IMG/VR virus record: IMGVR_UViG_3300040971_000087
Coordinates: 1 to 31,869 of that record
Source of the DNA: a virus
Taxonomy: Duplodnaviria; Caudoviricetes
Strand: one strand, 5' to 3'
DNA: 31,869 nucleotides
Shown: in pieces, positions 1 through 9,007 of the stretch
How positions within the stretch are numbered: position 1 is the stretch's first letter
Layout of the letters: each line of letters starts with the position of its first letter
Translations under genes and position numbers: made by a program
The notes under the pieces: model-generated
Told to the model about the DNA's origin: nothing
Databases searched by the model: none
The model's input: the letters and a program-made list of their open reading frames with translations, nothing else

Positions 1-59
1 CAGTTCCAACCTATGCACCTAGAACCAAACCACTAGTAAGATAAGAGGAGGGAAAAAGT

Positions 60-3000
60 ATGCCACTAAGTGCAGGACTTATAAAATCTCTGGGTGGTCC
101 AACTCTACGTAGTTTTAAAGAGGAGGATGAGAATAAGGCACTCAGTCAAACTCAGTCCAGGATAGATAATGCTAGATACAGATTAGATACTCTGGGCTAT
201 GAGGCTCCAGAACCCCAGGATAGCTTCTTAGTTGGTGTCCTTAAGAACTTAAGCCGGACTGGTTATGCAGCTAACAATGTTATTAGAGAATTTACTAGTA
301 AAGATGCTGGAGCTACTCCAGGTGAATTTGACCCCATAAAAGCCTTCGGAAGAGGGCTTAGTTTACAAGAGCAAGTTGATGGTAAAGATATCATGAGAGA
401 CCTTGGTCTCGAAGGTGATAAAGGTATCTTCGGTGGAGAAGCCAAAATCTACAATCCTTCTGTGGCAGGTGCAGCTGGTTTAGCATTGGACATTTTAAAT
501 CCATTGGACTTGCTAAACTGGCTTTCATTTGGTCTCGGAAAAGTTGCTGTTAAAGGTGGATCTGTGAGTACAAAAACCCTTGCTAAAACCTTTGGTAGTA
601 AAGTTGACGACATCATAGCCTCTGCAGGAGATATCAGTAAGATCCAAGCTAAAAACGTTGGAGACCTAGTTGGTCAATTAAGTAATAACTCTGGACTTGT
701 CGGGGACGACCTCGGCAAGTTCATTACTCAACTTAGAGAAGGACTATTAGAGACTGGTGCTAAAGCCAGTGATAAAGTAAGTGATATAGCTACTAAACGA
801 AGACTCACCTTAGGTATTCAAAACCCATTGACATTAGGTCGTGGAAAAGAATTTCTTAAAACTGAGGTTCCAGGTACTGGAGCAATCGGTGGAGCATTAA
901 CATCCCTAGGTGATACGTTCAAAAAATCACGATTGGGTAATGAATTAAGCAAACGATTTTCAACCAAGCATATACCTAAAGATGTACCGGATATTGTTGT
1001 AATGCGTAATTTAACAGGTTATCAATTAGATAATATCATCCGTAATGAAACTGTAGTAAGAGGTGGTTTACCTTTCAATACTGATGAGTTATTGACTATC
1101 AAAGGTACTTTAGACCAAGTTAAATCTCTTAATGGTCAAGCAACTATTAGAAATATTGCTGAAGCCACAGGATTTGATACTGCAGATTTAGTTAGCTTAT
1201 TTGAGAGTGAAGTTCCATTTACTTTTGATGTTATTGAGCTATTTGATTCCGTGAGAAAGTATCATCCTGACTTAGACCCTAAGGTAGCTTTCCTTCAGTC
1301 AGTGAAACTTAGAAAAGTAATGGATGATATTTATGGAGATATTCCTGAAGCTTTAAGAGAGAACTTCAAAGGAACTATTAAACTTCCTGAGCCAGTTAAA
1401 AGCTTCTCAGATACTCCTACAATGATGGACAATATAGACCAAGTAACTCCAGATAGCCCAATGCTTAGTTATGTATTTGACGTTAGAGGGGTTGACATTA
1501 TAGTCCCTATTCAGTCCACAATGGACTTTAATAAGGGTGGTATAGATAACGCAGCTAGAATAATTCAGGCTGTCAAACAGCTTGATGAGGGGAATCTCAA
1601 TGCAATCAAGGGACAGATTAGAGCAATGCCAGGAGAGTTAGGGGTTATCGACGGTGATACTATCAGAGGTTATTACCTTAACAGTGACATAGTTCTTAGA
1701 CAACCTGAGGCTGCAGGTGAGCTCCAGAAAACTTTACCTCATGAGTTTGGTCATAGTGTTAAGGAAGCTTATGACGTTGATCTCAACGCTTATGAGACTA
1801 ACGCAATGAAAGGAACCTTCATTGATGAGTATGCTCAGACAGGTGGAGTAGAGGAAGACTTTGCTACTTCTGTGGAATGGATGAAAAACCGACCTGAAGA
1901 ACTTAAGGCACAGTTCCCAGAAAGATACAATTTCATCGACGGAGTCATGAGAGAGAATCGAATGTCCGAAGATGAGCTCCTTAGAAAGTTAAGCGAACAA
2001 ACGGACAGAGCAGTCAAGATGGAACAAATGGGTCCAACTGGAATACAACTTGAAAAGGTTATAGACCAAATTGACCAGTACGTTTCCACGGGATTAGTCT
2101 CTAAGCCTGGAATAGAAGCTTACAAAGAATTTAAGGGCTCAATGCACGAACTGTATGAGAATGTATCTCTGAGTAAAGTTGAAGACTTTGTACAACAAGT
2201 TGAGCAGATCTTTAAACATGTTCCTGTGGAGGAAAGAAAAGCCATTATGGACATAGCTTCAGGATTGTATGATAACCCTAACTTCTTAGCTCCTACATTC
2301 TATTCTAAAGCCCAGAAAGTTGCTGAAGTTAAAATGAGCAATAAGATGACCAGTAATGACCTCGGCAAAATGTTGCGATCCAACGGGGTAAAAGAGGAAG
2401 AGCTTAAATGGCTTGGAATCAATGATTTACTGGCCTCTAAAGAAACAATAACCAAAGATGAGTTTATGCAACATATGGCTCTCAATAATCTAGAGATTAA
2501 AGAGGTAACATATGGTACGGCAAAACCGGATGAATTGGGTGGCTTAGCTGACAATCTTATTCTGGACCCAGAAACTCGTGCTTATGTACGTGACGAGATA
2601 GAGGGGGGTATAGATCTCGAAGATATTGCTCAGGACCTGTGGAACAGTGATGTTGAGCAGTTCAGTGAGATGACTCTGGGCGAGGTACGAGAGTTAGTAC
2701 ATCAAGTTGCAGGAACCCCGAGAGGTTTTGATGGCATGGTTAAGTACAATAACTGGCGCTCACAGAAAGGCTTAGCAGAAGACTATCAAGAATTACTACT
2801 TACACTCCCTGAAGGATATCAGTTAACAGGGGCTGAGAAGAACAACCCAGTGAATCAATTGTTTGGTCAGCAGCCTTATAAATCAGTTCACTGGGATCCC
2901 GAGAATGTAGTTGCTCACGTTAGGTATGATACTAGACGGGTTGGAGATGAGAAAGTACTCTTTATTCAAGAGATTCAATCTGACTGGCATCAAGCCGGAA

Positions 3001-6000
3001 GAAAGAAAGGATATAGAGGTGAAGTCTCTCCTAAGCAGAGACAGATACTAATAGATGGAGGAATTGATAAAAGTACTGCTGATACTATGATGGAGCAATT
3101 ATCCAACATAGACACTGGTGGACTAACTCCAGATGACGGCACCGAATGGTTAGAGGTTATGGGAGAAGTAATTCAGGAGGAACTAACTTGGCCTGACTAT
3201 TTAACTGCTGAGCAGGTTTATAATCTATCCGAGGAACTACTGAAAAACTTCGGCAATCTACCCCAGGCTCCATTTGCTAAAACTTGGCCTCAGATGTCAA
3301 TGAAACGAATGATTAGATATGCCGCTGAAAATGGGTATGACCGAGTTGCCTGGGCCACAGGTAAACAGAATGCTGATGTTTATGGCTTGGCTAAATCCTA
3401 CAGCGCTCTAGAATATGTTCCAAATCAAAAGAGACTGATAGCTACTACTGTGGATGGTGTTGGTAAGAAGATTGATAATGTTACTGCTGATAACCTGGCT
3501 GATTATGTCGGCGAGGAGTTAGCTGAGAGACTATTAAAAGCCGATAATACTGGAGTTAATGGATTAAGAATGGTTGAGGGTCCTAATGGTCAGTTTATTA
3601 TTGAAGACCAAGATGGGGTTATTAAGGAATTTGCTACCAGAGATGCAGCTGTTAATCACATGGATTGGTTAGAGACACTTAATGGGCCTAATCGGTTCCG
3701 TATAGATCCTCTAGACAGAGAAATTACTGATCTTTTGGGAGAAGAAACCTGGGCTGTATACACCCGAGATAATGAGTTAGTTGATGTATTTGACACTGAG
3801 TTAGATGCTAAGAAATGGATTGACGACCAGTCAGGCTCTAAAAAAATATCAGGTATTGATCTTGAAATCGGTGGAGAAGGAATGAAAGGATTCTATGACG
3901 AAATTCTCCCAAGTTTCAATGATAAATATCTCAAAAAGTTTGGTATCAAAACTGAGGACATTGATTTAGGAGGAGTTCCAGATATCCCTCGAGAATTTGG
4001 AGAACACATTTTCCAAGGAGATGATGGAGAGACTTTTGCACAGTGGTATCTAGACGGTAACTCATCAGTCTTCAAAAATGCTGTTGAAGATGATATAACT
4101 GATTTAGATGATTTTATGACTTACTGTTTCGATGTAGACGAGGCAGGACTAGGGGTTAGCCCTCTGTATGTGTCTGAAAATGAGTATTGGTTGACAGTAA
4201 GTAAAATTAAAAATACTCTCGGTGATAAATATACTGCTCCAGAGATTGATGAAGCTTTAACTGACTGGGTACAAGTGAGACCTGTAGATCCTGACCACAT
4301 AGGTAGTGTGCTTCAAGGTCCAGATGGTGAGAACTTTACTCAGTTCTTCATTCATAGTGATAGGATAGAAAGTCACTTTGATGATGTAGTAGCTGGACAA
4401 AGGACTATACCAGAAGCTATGGATGATATGTTTAACGTTATGGATGATCTTATTGTGGTAACGGAGCTTGAGTATAACACTGTACTTGATAGATGGCACA
4501 GATTTGCTCAGGACATTGGGTCTGAGTATGATATGGATGACCTTGATGAACTATTAGCAGATCATCTCGTAATCGGGGATCCAAATAATATACCTTCTAC
4601 CAAACCTCAGATAAACAAGTCAATCAAGCTTACTGACGACCTTAAGAACATGGTCCTTAATGAAGGCCAACCGATGTTTAAGAAAGGAGCTAAAGATACA
4701 CCTAGACCTGATAAACTTTCACCAGATGGAGAAGCTGCACTTAAAGCCTTCTATAACTGGCGTCAATCTGTGGTCAAGATGTACCAGGAAGCCCAGATAC
4801 CAATTGCTGAGATGGAGAAATACGTACCATTTATTCCACAGAGACCATTAAAAAGACCTGAGCAACAATTGTTGAACTCTATCTATGGTACTGGAACTCC
4901 TACTCATGAGGTTGACCCATTGATTCAAATGTTATCAGGAACTGACCCTAACTTACTCGAGAGAACCACAAAAGCCAATGTACCATCTGAAGTAAACAAA
5001 CTATTGGATAAACCTTGGTTGACTGAAGATGCTGCAATTGCTATGGCAACTCGTGGAGCTAGAGCTATTAAAACTACAGAACTAAGTAAGGCACTGGATG
5101 GGCTAGTAGCTCAGTATGGCATAAACTATGCTGATATCCTCAGTCGTTCAACTTCTGGTGGTATTCCTTCAGGCTACAAAATGTATACAATTTCCCAAGA
5201 AGGTGGAAGAAAGGTACTTAACGAGGTGTTTGACTCACCTGGATTAGCAAGTAAAGGAGTTAAATCATTCTTCATTCCTGAGGAGATGGCTAAGGTATAT
5301 AACATGTATGCTGACCTGATTCTCGGTGAGGAAAAGAAAGGTCCTTTATTGAAGCTCTTTGATAAAGCAACCTCAGGATACAAGAAAGTTGCATACCTGT
5401 GGAATCCAGGCCATATCTTTAGAGACTTCGAGGGTAACGTTTTTAACAACTACCTAATGGGTGTTGTTAATCCTGCTGCTTATGTAAGATCTGCTAAGTT
5501 GCTTATGAACTCTGATAGCTTAATTACTGTTGATGGAGTTGAAATCACAGTTAAAGAATTACTGGAGAAATCCAGAAAGATTGGGTTACTTGATGTTGGT
5601 GCAGCTACAGCAGAGTCTCCATATGACGTAATGAGCAAGTTGAAAAGCTCACAAAAGAATGTCCTTCAGAATGCTGGAAATAAGTATTCTCGTGCAATGA
5701 GGGAGGGAACTCGTAAGGCTGATATGTACACTCGTTTCACAGGTCTAGTTCACAACTTAGATCAAGGAATGAGTTTCAATGAGGCTGCCACAGAGGTGAA
5801 GAAGTTCTTGTTTGACTACTTTGAGTTGACACCTTTCGAGAGAAAAGTAATGAAAAGAATCATTCCTTTCTACACTTGGATGAGAAAGAATATTCCATTG
5901 CAAGTTGAGCAAGTAATGAAAAACCCTAGAAATTATTCCAGAATTGAAAGTGTTATGGCTGCGGCTGAGGGAGACTCAATTGACTGGGATGAGAGACCTG

Positions 6001-6572
6001 ATTATATCAATGACTCAGGAGCTTTCAAAGCAGGAAAGACAGGAGCTTATGTTTCACCTAACTTACCATTTAATGACCTAGCCAGAGTACCAACTAACTT
6101 AGATGCATTCTTACAACTTATGTCAGGTGTTAACCCTATCATTAAAGCTCCTATAGAGATGGCTACTAACCTTCAGTGGTTCAATAGTAGACCTCTGGAA
6201 GAGTATCCTGATGAGACACGAGAGATAACTTTTGCTGGGATACTAAAGATGTTAGGTGTGGAGGATAAAGACGTTCCACGGATTAGCAAGAGAACTACTG
6301 GGTACTTACTTGACCAGCTTCCTTTGCTTAGAAATCTTGATACAATAACTAATCCTGACAACCCAAGACAAACATCTAGAGCTTCAACGTTCTTAGGTGG
6401 TCCTGCATTTTACTCTCAGGAAGGCGTTGAGAAAAGTAGACTCTACGAAGTGGAAAGGATACTAAACAACTTCATTAGAAAACTCAAGGATGAAGGTATC
6501 GAGGTTCCAACCATTCGTGAGATCGAGAATGAACCTAACAAATTAATCAAAATACGTGACATGCTACGATGA
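60..6572 (+). CDS. Giant polyvalent-type protein, probable ejected/internal virion protein (zincin-like HExxH module, EIQSD module, acidic duplicated domain, LPD38-like C-terminus)
   Basis: 2170-aa ORF with GAGGAGG RBS. HEFGH...EEDFA at about aa 561. Motifs VKEEELKW, AHVRY...FIQEIQSDWHQ, APF..TW....MKRMIRYAAENGYD.VAW and GMKGFYDEILP resemble large phage polyvalent proteins. C-terminal FDY..LTPFERKVMKRIIPFYTW. Last gene of a + strand operon. Confidence 0.7.
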   Translation: MPLSAGLIKSLGGPTLRSFKEEDENKALSQTQSRIDNARYRLDTLGYEAPEPQDSFLVGVLKNLSRTGYAANNVIREFTSKDAGATPGEFDPIKAFGRGLSLQEQVDGKDIMRDLGLEGDKGIFGGEAKIYNPSVAGAAGLALDILNPLDLLNWLSFGLGKVAVKGGSVSTKTLAKTFGSKVDDIIASAGDISKIQAKNVGDLVGQLSNNSGLVGDDLGKFITQLREGLLETGAKASDKVSDIATKRRLTLGIQNPLTLGRGKEFLKTEVPGTGAIGGALTSLGDTFKKSRLGNELSKRFSTKHIPKDVPDIVVMRNLTGYQLDNIIRNETVVRGGLPFNTDELLTIKGTLDQVKSLNGQATIRNIAEATGFDTADLVSLFESEVPFTFDVIELFDSVRKYHPDLDPKVAFLQSVKLRKVMDDIYGDIPEALRENFKGTIKLPEPVKSFSDTPTMMDNIDQVTPDSPMLSYVFDVRGVDIIVPIQSTMDFNKGGIDNAARIIQAVKQLDEGNLNAIKGQIRAMPGELGVIDGDTIRGYYLNSDIVLRQPEAAGELQKTLPHEFGHSVKEAYDVDLNAYETNAMKGTFIDEYAQTGGVEEDFATSVEWMKNRPEELKAQFPERYNFIDGVMRENRMSEDELLRKLSEQTDRAVKMEQMGPTGIQLEKVIDQIDQYVSTGLVSKPGIEAYKEFKGSMHELYENVSLSKVEDFVQQVEQIFKHVPVEERKAIMDIASGLYDNPNFLAPTFYSKAQKVAEVKMSNKMTSNDLGKMLRSNGVKEEELKWLGINDLLASKETITKDEFMQHMALNNLEIKEVTYGTAKPDELGGLADNLILDPETRAYVRDEIEGGIDLEDIAQDLWNSDVEQFSEMTLGEVRELVHQVAGTPRGFDGMVKYNNWRSQKGLAEDYQELLLTLPEGYQLTGAEKNNPVNQLFGQQPYKSVHWDPENVVAHVRYDTRRVGDEKVLFIQEIQSDWHQAGRKKGYRGEVSPKQRQILIDGGIDKSTADTMMEQLSNIDTGGLTPDDGTEWLEVMGEVIQEELTWPDYLTAEQVYNLSEELLKNFGNLPQAPFAKTWPQMSMKRMIRYAAENGYDRVAWATGKQNADVYGLAKSYSALEYVPNQKRLIATTVDGVGKKIDNVTADNLADYVGEELAERLLKADNTGVNGLRMVEGPNGQFIIEDQDGVIKEFATRDAAVNHMDWLETLNGPNRFRIDPLDREITDLLGEETWAVYTRDNELVDVFDTELDAKKWIDDQSGSKKISGIDLEIGGEGMKGFYDEILPSFNDKYLKKFGIKTEDIDLGGVPDIPREFGEHIFQGDDGETFAQWYLDGNSSVFKNAVEDDITDLDDFMTYCFDVDEAGLGVSPLYVSENEYWLTVSKIKNTLGDKYTAPEIDEALTDWVQVRPVDPDHIGSVLQGPDGENFTQFFIHSDRIESHFDDVVAGQRTIPEAMDDMFNVMDDLIVVTELEYNTVLDRWHRFAQDIGSEYDMDDLDELLADHLVIGDPNNIPSTKPQINKSIKLTDDLKNMVLNEGQPMFKKGAKDTPRPDKLSPDGEAALKAFYNWRQSVVKMYQEAQIPIAEMEKYVPFIPQRPLKRPEQQLLNSIYGTGTPTHEVDPLIQMLSGTDPNLLERTTKANVPSEVNKLLDKPWLTEDAAIAMATRGARAIKTTELSKALDGLVAQYGINYADILSRSTSGGIPSGYKMYTISQEGGRKVLNEVFDSPGLASKGVKSFFIPEEMAKVYNMYADLILGEEKKGPLLKLFDKATSGYKKVAYLWNPGHIFRDFEGNVFNNYLMGVVNPAAYVRSAKLLMNSDSLITVDGVEITVKELLEKSRKIGLLDVGAATAESPYDVMSKLKSSQKNVLQNAGNKYSRAMREGTRKADMYTRFTGLVHNLDQGMSFNEAATEVKKFLFDYFELTPFERKVMKRIIPFYTWMRKNIPLQVEQVMKNPRNYSRIESVMAAAEGDSIDWDERPDYINDSGAFKAGKTGAYVSPNLPFNDLARVPTNLDAFLQLMSGVNPIIKAPIEMATNLQWFNSRPLEEYPDETREITFAGILKMLGVEDKDVPRISKRTTGYLLDQLPLLRNLDTITNPDNPRQTSRASTFLGGPAFYSQEGVEKSRLYEVERILNNFIRKLKDEGIEVPTIREIENEPNKLIKIRDMLR

Positions 6573-6589
6573 TTTTACGTTCCTAAATT

Positions 6590-6668
6590 GCTCCTGTATT
6601 GATTCCTTTTATATGTCAATGATTCATTATATGATTGACATTTATGGATTACAATACAGGAGCCTTTT
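6590..6668. terminator. Long imperfect hairpin at a convergent gene junction, probable + strand terminator
   Basis: GCTCCTGTATTG...CAATACAGGAGC 12-bp perfect outer arms, inner ATGTCAAT/ATTGACAT arms, followed by a T-run. Confidence 0.6.
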
Positions 6669-6676
6669 TAGCGCTT

Positions 6677-6700
6677 AAAAAAGACCCAGTTTCCTGGGTC
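6677..6700 (-). terminator. Intrinsic terminator of the leftward operon
   Basis: GACCCAG-tttc-CTGGGTC stem with an A6 run on its left (U-tract on - strand), just past the stop at 6709. Confidence 0.8.
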
Positions 6701-6708
6701 CTTGAGTA

Positions 6709-7170
6709 TTAAATTTCTTCAATGTCCTCGAGATTGATTTCGTCAACTTCTTCAATCTGAGCTTCAACAACTTCAGCTTTGTCAAGGGCTTTATCAGTCT
6801 TTGATTTCTTTGGAGCTGCAGCTTTAGCTCTGAATGCATCAACGATTTCTTGGATCTGTGGATCATCTTTCTTCCAGACATATCTTTGGGACTTTTCAGT
6901 CTCCATGTTTCTGTAGTTGTTTCTTAAGAATCCTCTCAAAACTCTTTGGTCAATTCCTAAGATTTCTGCGATGTAAGCTGCTCCAACTTCATCTTCAGCC
7001 AAAGCTTTGGTGGAGGACAATTTCTCACCTTTTGGCTCTTTAACTTTCTTAGCTTTCTTAACTTTCTTTTCTTCAACAGCTGCGATTTCAGCTTCGATTG
7101 GGTCAACTTCTTCAATTTCCAAACCTTCAATGTCAAGATCTTCCATTTCCATAACAACTTCTTTTTTCAT
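6709..7170 (-). CDS. Putative DNA-binding protein (HTH-like core, acidic ends, Lys-rich linker)
   Basis: Start moved to ATG 7170 (GGAGG RBS upstream). HTH-like VGAAYIAEILGIDQRVLRGFLR. Has its own consensus promoter. Confidence 0.6.
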   Translation of the reverse strand: MKKEVVMEMEDLDIEGLEIEEVDPIEAEIAAVEEKKVKKAKKVKEPKGEKLSSTKALAEDEVGAAYIAEILGIDQRVLRGFLRNNYRNMETEKSQRYVWKKDDPQIQEIVDAFRAKAAAPKKSKTDKALDKAEVVEAQIEEVDEINLEDIEEI

Positions 7171-7221
7171 GGTATGCCTCCTAAGCATTATTCCTGTTTA
7201 ACAGGTTTATTTGATACTTTA

Positions 7222-7250
7222 ATTATATCAGAAGTTAACACGATTGTCAA
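7222..7250 (-). promoter_or_regulatory. Consensus sigmaA promoter with extended -10 and UP element
   Basis: TTGACA-17 nt-TATAAT preceded by TGA; A/T tracts upstream at 7255-7285. Confidence 0.9.
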
Positions 7251-7311
7251 CTTCTTTTGTTAAATTTTTTTAAAAAATTTTAATAATTGGGTACCGCCCA
7301 ACACGAGTGAA

Positions 7312-7599
7312 TTACAATGTTCCGTTCCTTATAGCAAGAGATTCTTCGACGTTTCTAGCAATCCCAGCTCTACCGCCAGCTGCTAGTATCTGGTCTATTC
7401 TATAGAGCTGTAGTTTCGTTGGTTTACCTGTGGGTGTTTTAACTTCGATGGCTACAAAGTGACCTTTCCAGCATCCAAGGATATCAGGGATACCTGCCAA
7501 CTGGAAAGCACCCCCATGAACCTTGAACCAAAAACCCCCTTCAGCTGATAGCCTGTCCATTATTTTCTCGACTATCAGCGTCTCAGGTTTCTTAGGCAT
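7312..7599 (-). CDS. VRR-NUC family nuclease (Holliday-junction-resolvase-like)
   Basis: E..I...I; KVHG; GIPD; AIEVK; TKLQ...I..I..AGG pattern. Confidence 0.9.
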   Translation of the reverse strand: MPKKPETLIVEKIMDRLSAEGGFWFKVHGGAFQLAGIPDILGCWKGHFVAIEVKTPTGKPTKLQLYRIDQILAAGGRAGIARNVEESLAIRNGTL

Positions 7600-8105
7600 T
7601 AGATCTCAATCTCTTCAATCTCGTCCTCTTCCACCACAGTAGAAGGTGACTCGAATACTTCCTCGTCTTCAACTTCAGCAGGAGCAGCCTTAGCAGTTCC
7701 TACACGTTTCCAACCAGCATCAGTTTTCTGTACTCTGAACAGTTCAGTAATGTTAGCATTAGGTTTCTCAACTCCGTCTTTGACGTAAGTTCCATGAGTT
7801 ACCACGATACCAACGATCTTACCTTTAACTTGGTCAGTGTCCAGAGTCATAGCTGACTTAGGAACGTTTAATCCACAGGCAATAAGGAAATCTCTGAGAG
7901 CGAACAGAGCCTTTGGTGAAAGTGTAGTGATATTGTTGATTTTCTTGCCTTTCTGTGGTCCAATACCTACGGTAAGTTCCCACTTAAGATATGGAGCTTT
8001 AGTTCCGGGTTCTTTAGTTACGCCTGTAACTTTACAGATGTACTCACCCTCTGGTAGTAATTCAAAACCTTCTTGCACGTTGCTCATGTCGACATTAAGT
8101 TTCAT
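7599..8105 (-). CDS. Phage single-stranded DNA-binding protein (DUF669-like)
   Basis: FELLPEGEY.C.V N-terminal motif, strongly acidic C-terminal tail, adjacent to the AAA annealing gene. Confidence 0.75.
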   Translation of the reverse strand: MKLNVDMSNVQEGFELLPEGEYICKVTGVTKEPGTKAPYLKWELTVGIGPQKGKKINNITTLSPKALFALRDFLIACGLNVPKSAMTLDTDQVKGKIVGIVVTHGTYVKDGVEKPNANITELFRVQKTDAGWKRVGTAKAAPAEVEDEEVFESPSTVVEEDEIEEIEI

Positions 8106-9007
8106 TATTTGGTTCCTCCTTTTTTGTAGTTTCCATCCATAATAAGTTTAAGAGCTGCATAGCTTGGATTGACCAGTGATGTTGGAGACTTAGCTCCAAT
8201 TGGAAGTCTAATCTTAGCCATATAAGTGGTGTTCGGTAGTACTCTCATACAGAATTTAACGATTGATTTTCCTTCAGCATCTTCTGAGTCCACAACATAG
8301 GTTCTGCCAATAACATCTACAGCTGCTCCTAAGATAGCTTTAACTGATGCTATAACCTGTGGGAATACACTAACTTCGTCAGAGTCTAGATCTTCATCAT
8401 TAGTTCGTTTTTCTTGAGCGATGAAAACTACATTCATATCCAGATTTCTAAACTCAATTACCCATTTCTTCATGAGTTGAGATAAGTTACCCCAGTCATG
8501 TTTGTTTGGCATGTCCATGTCTTTGTTTAGGTCATTATCAGCCTCCTTCTTCATTACAAATCTCATACCAATCTCCTGCAGAGTAGTAGCATTATCAATG
8601 ACTACTGTCTTGTAAGGATGATTGCCTGTCTTTAGGTACCAATAGGCCATAACAAACATTTCAAAGGTATCTAAGAATCTCTTCTTAACATTACCTTGCT
8701 CATGACCAATCATGGATCGAGTACCTTTCTCATTGATATCTAGAACCAGAATAGGTCCTGGGAATGTCGATGCAATGGTGTTTTTACCTGTACCATTCGG
8801 TCCATAGATCAGAGCTTTCATGTAATCTGCAGCTAAACTGATATCCTCAATTCCAGCTTCAAATTCTGAGAAATCCATGATGTTCATACCTATTGGAGAC
8901 TTTGGTGTAGCTACTTGAATGTCGTCCATATCATCCATCTCTACCTTGTCAGACTCAAAATCTAGGTCAATGTCTTCAATCAATGGATTCTTCTTCTCTG
9001 CTTTCAT
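8105..9007 (-). CDS. AAA_24 / Sak4-like P-loop ATPase (single-strand annealing recombinase)
   Basis: LIYGPNGTGKN Walker A, LDINEKG, TVVIDN Walker B, DWG, VVFIAQE. Confidence 0.85.
   Translation of the reverse strand: MKAEKKNPLIEDIDLDFESDKVEMDDMDDIQVATPKSPIGMNIMDFSEFEAGIEDISLAADYMKALIYGPNGTGKNTIASTFPGPILVLDINEKGTRSMIGHEQGNVKKRFLDTFEMFVMAYWYLKTGNHPYKTVVIDNATTLQEIGMRFVMKKEADNDLNKDMDMPNKHDWGNLSQLMKKWVIEFRNLDMNVVFIAQEKRTNDEDLDSDEVSVFPQVIASVKAILGAAVDVIGRTYVVDSEDAEGKSIVKFCMRVLPNTTYMAKIRLPIGAKSPTSLVNPSYAALKLIMDGNYKKGGTK

Noticed and set aside
263-6361. Short antisense and alternate-frame ORFs within the giant gene, and similar ones over polA, helicase, primase, terL and portal
   Set aside because: Fully overlapped by well-supported genes and lacking recognisable motifs; treated as shadow ORFs.
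60-6572. N4-like virion RNA polymerase or tape-measure protein
   Set aside because: I recognise no RNA polymerase catalytic motifs and no tape-measure-type periodic repeats.
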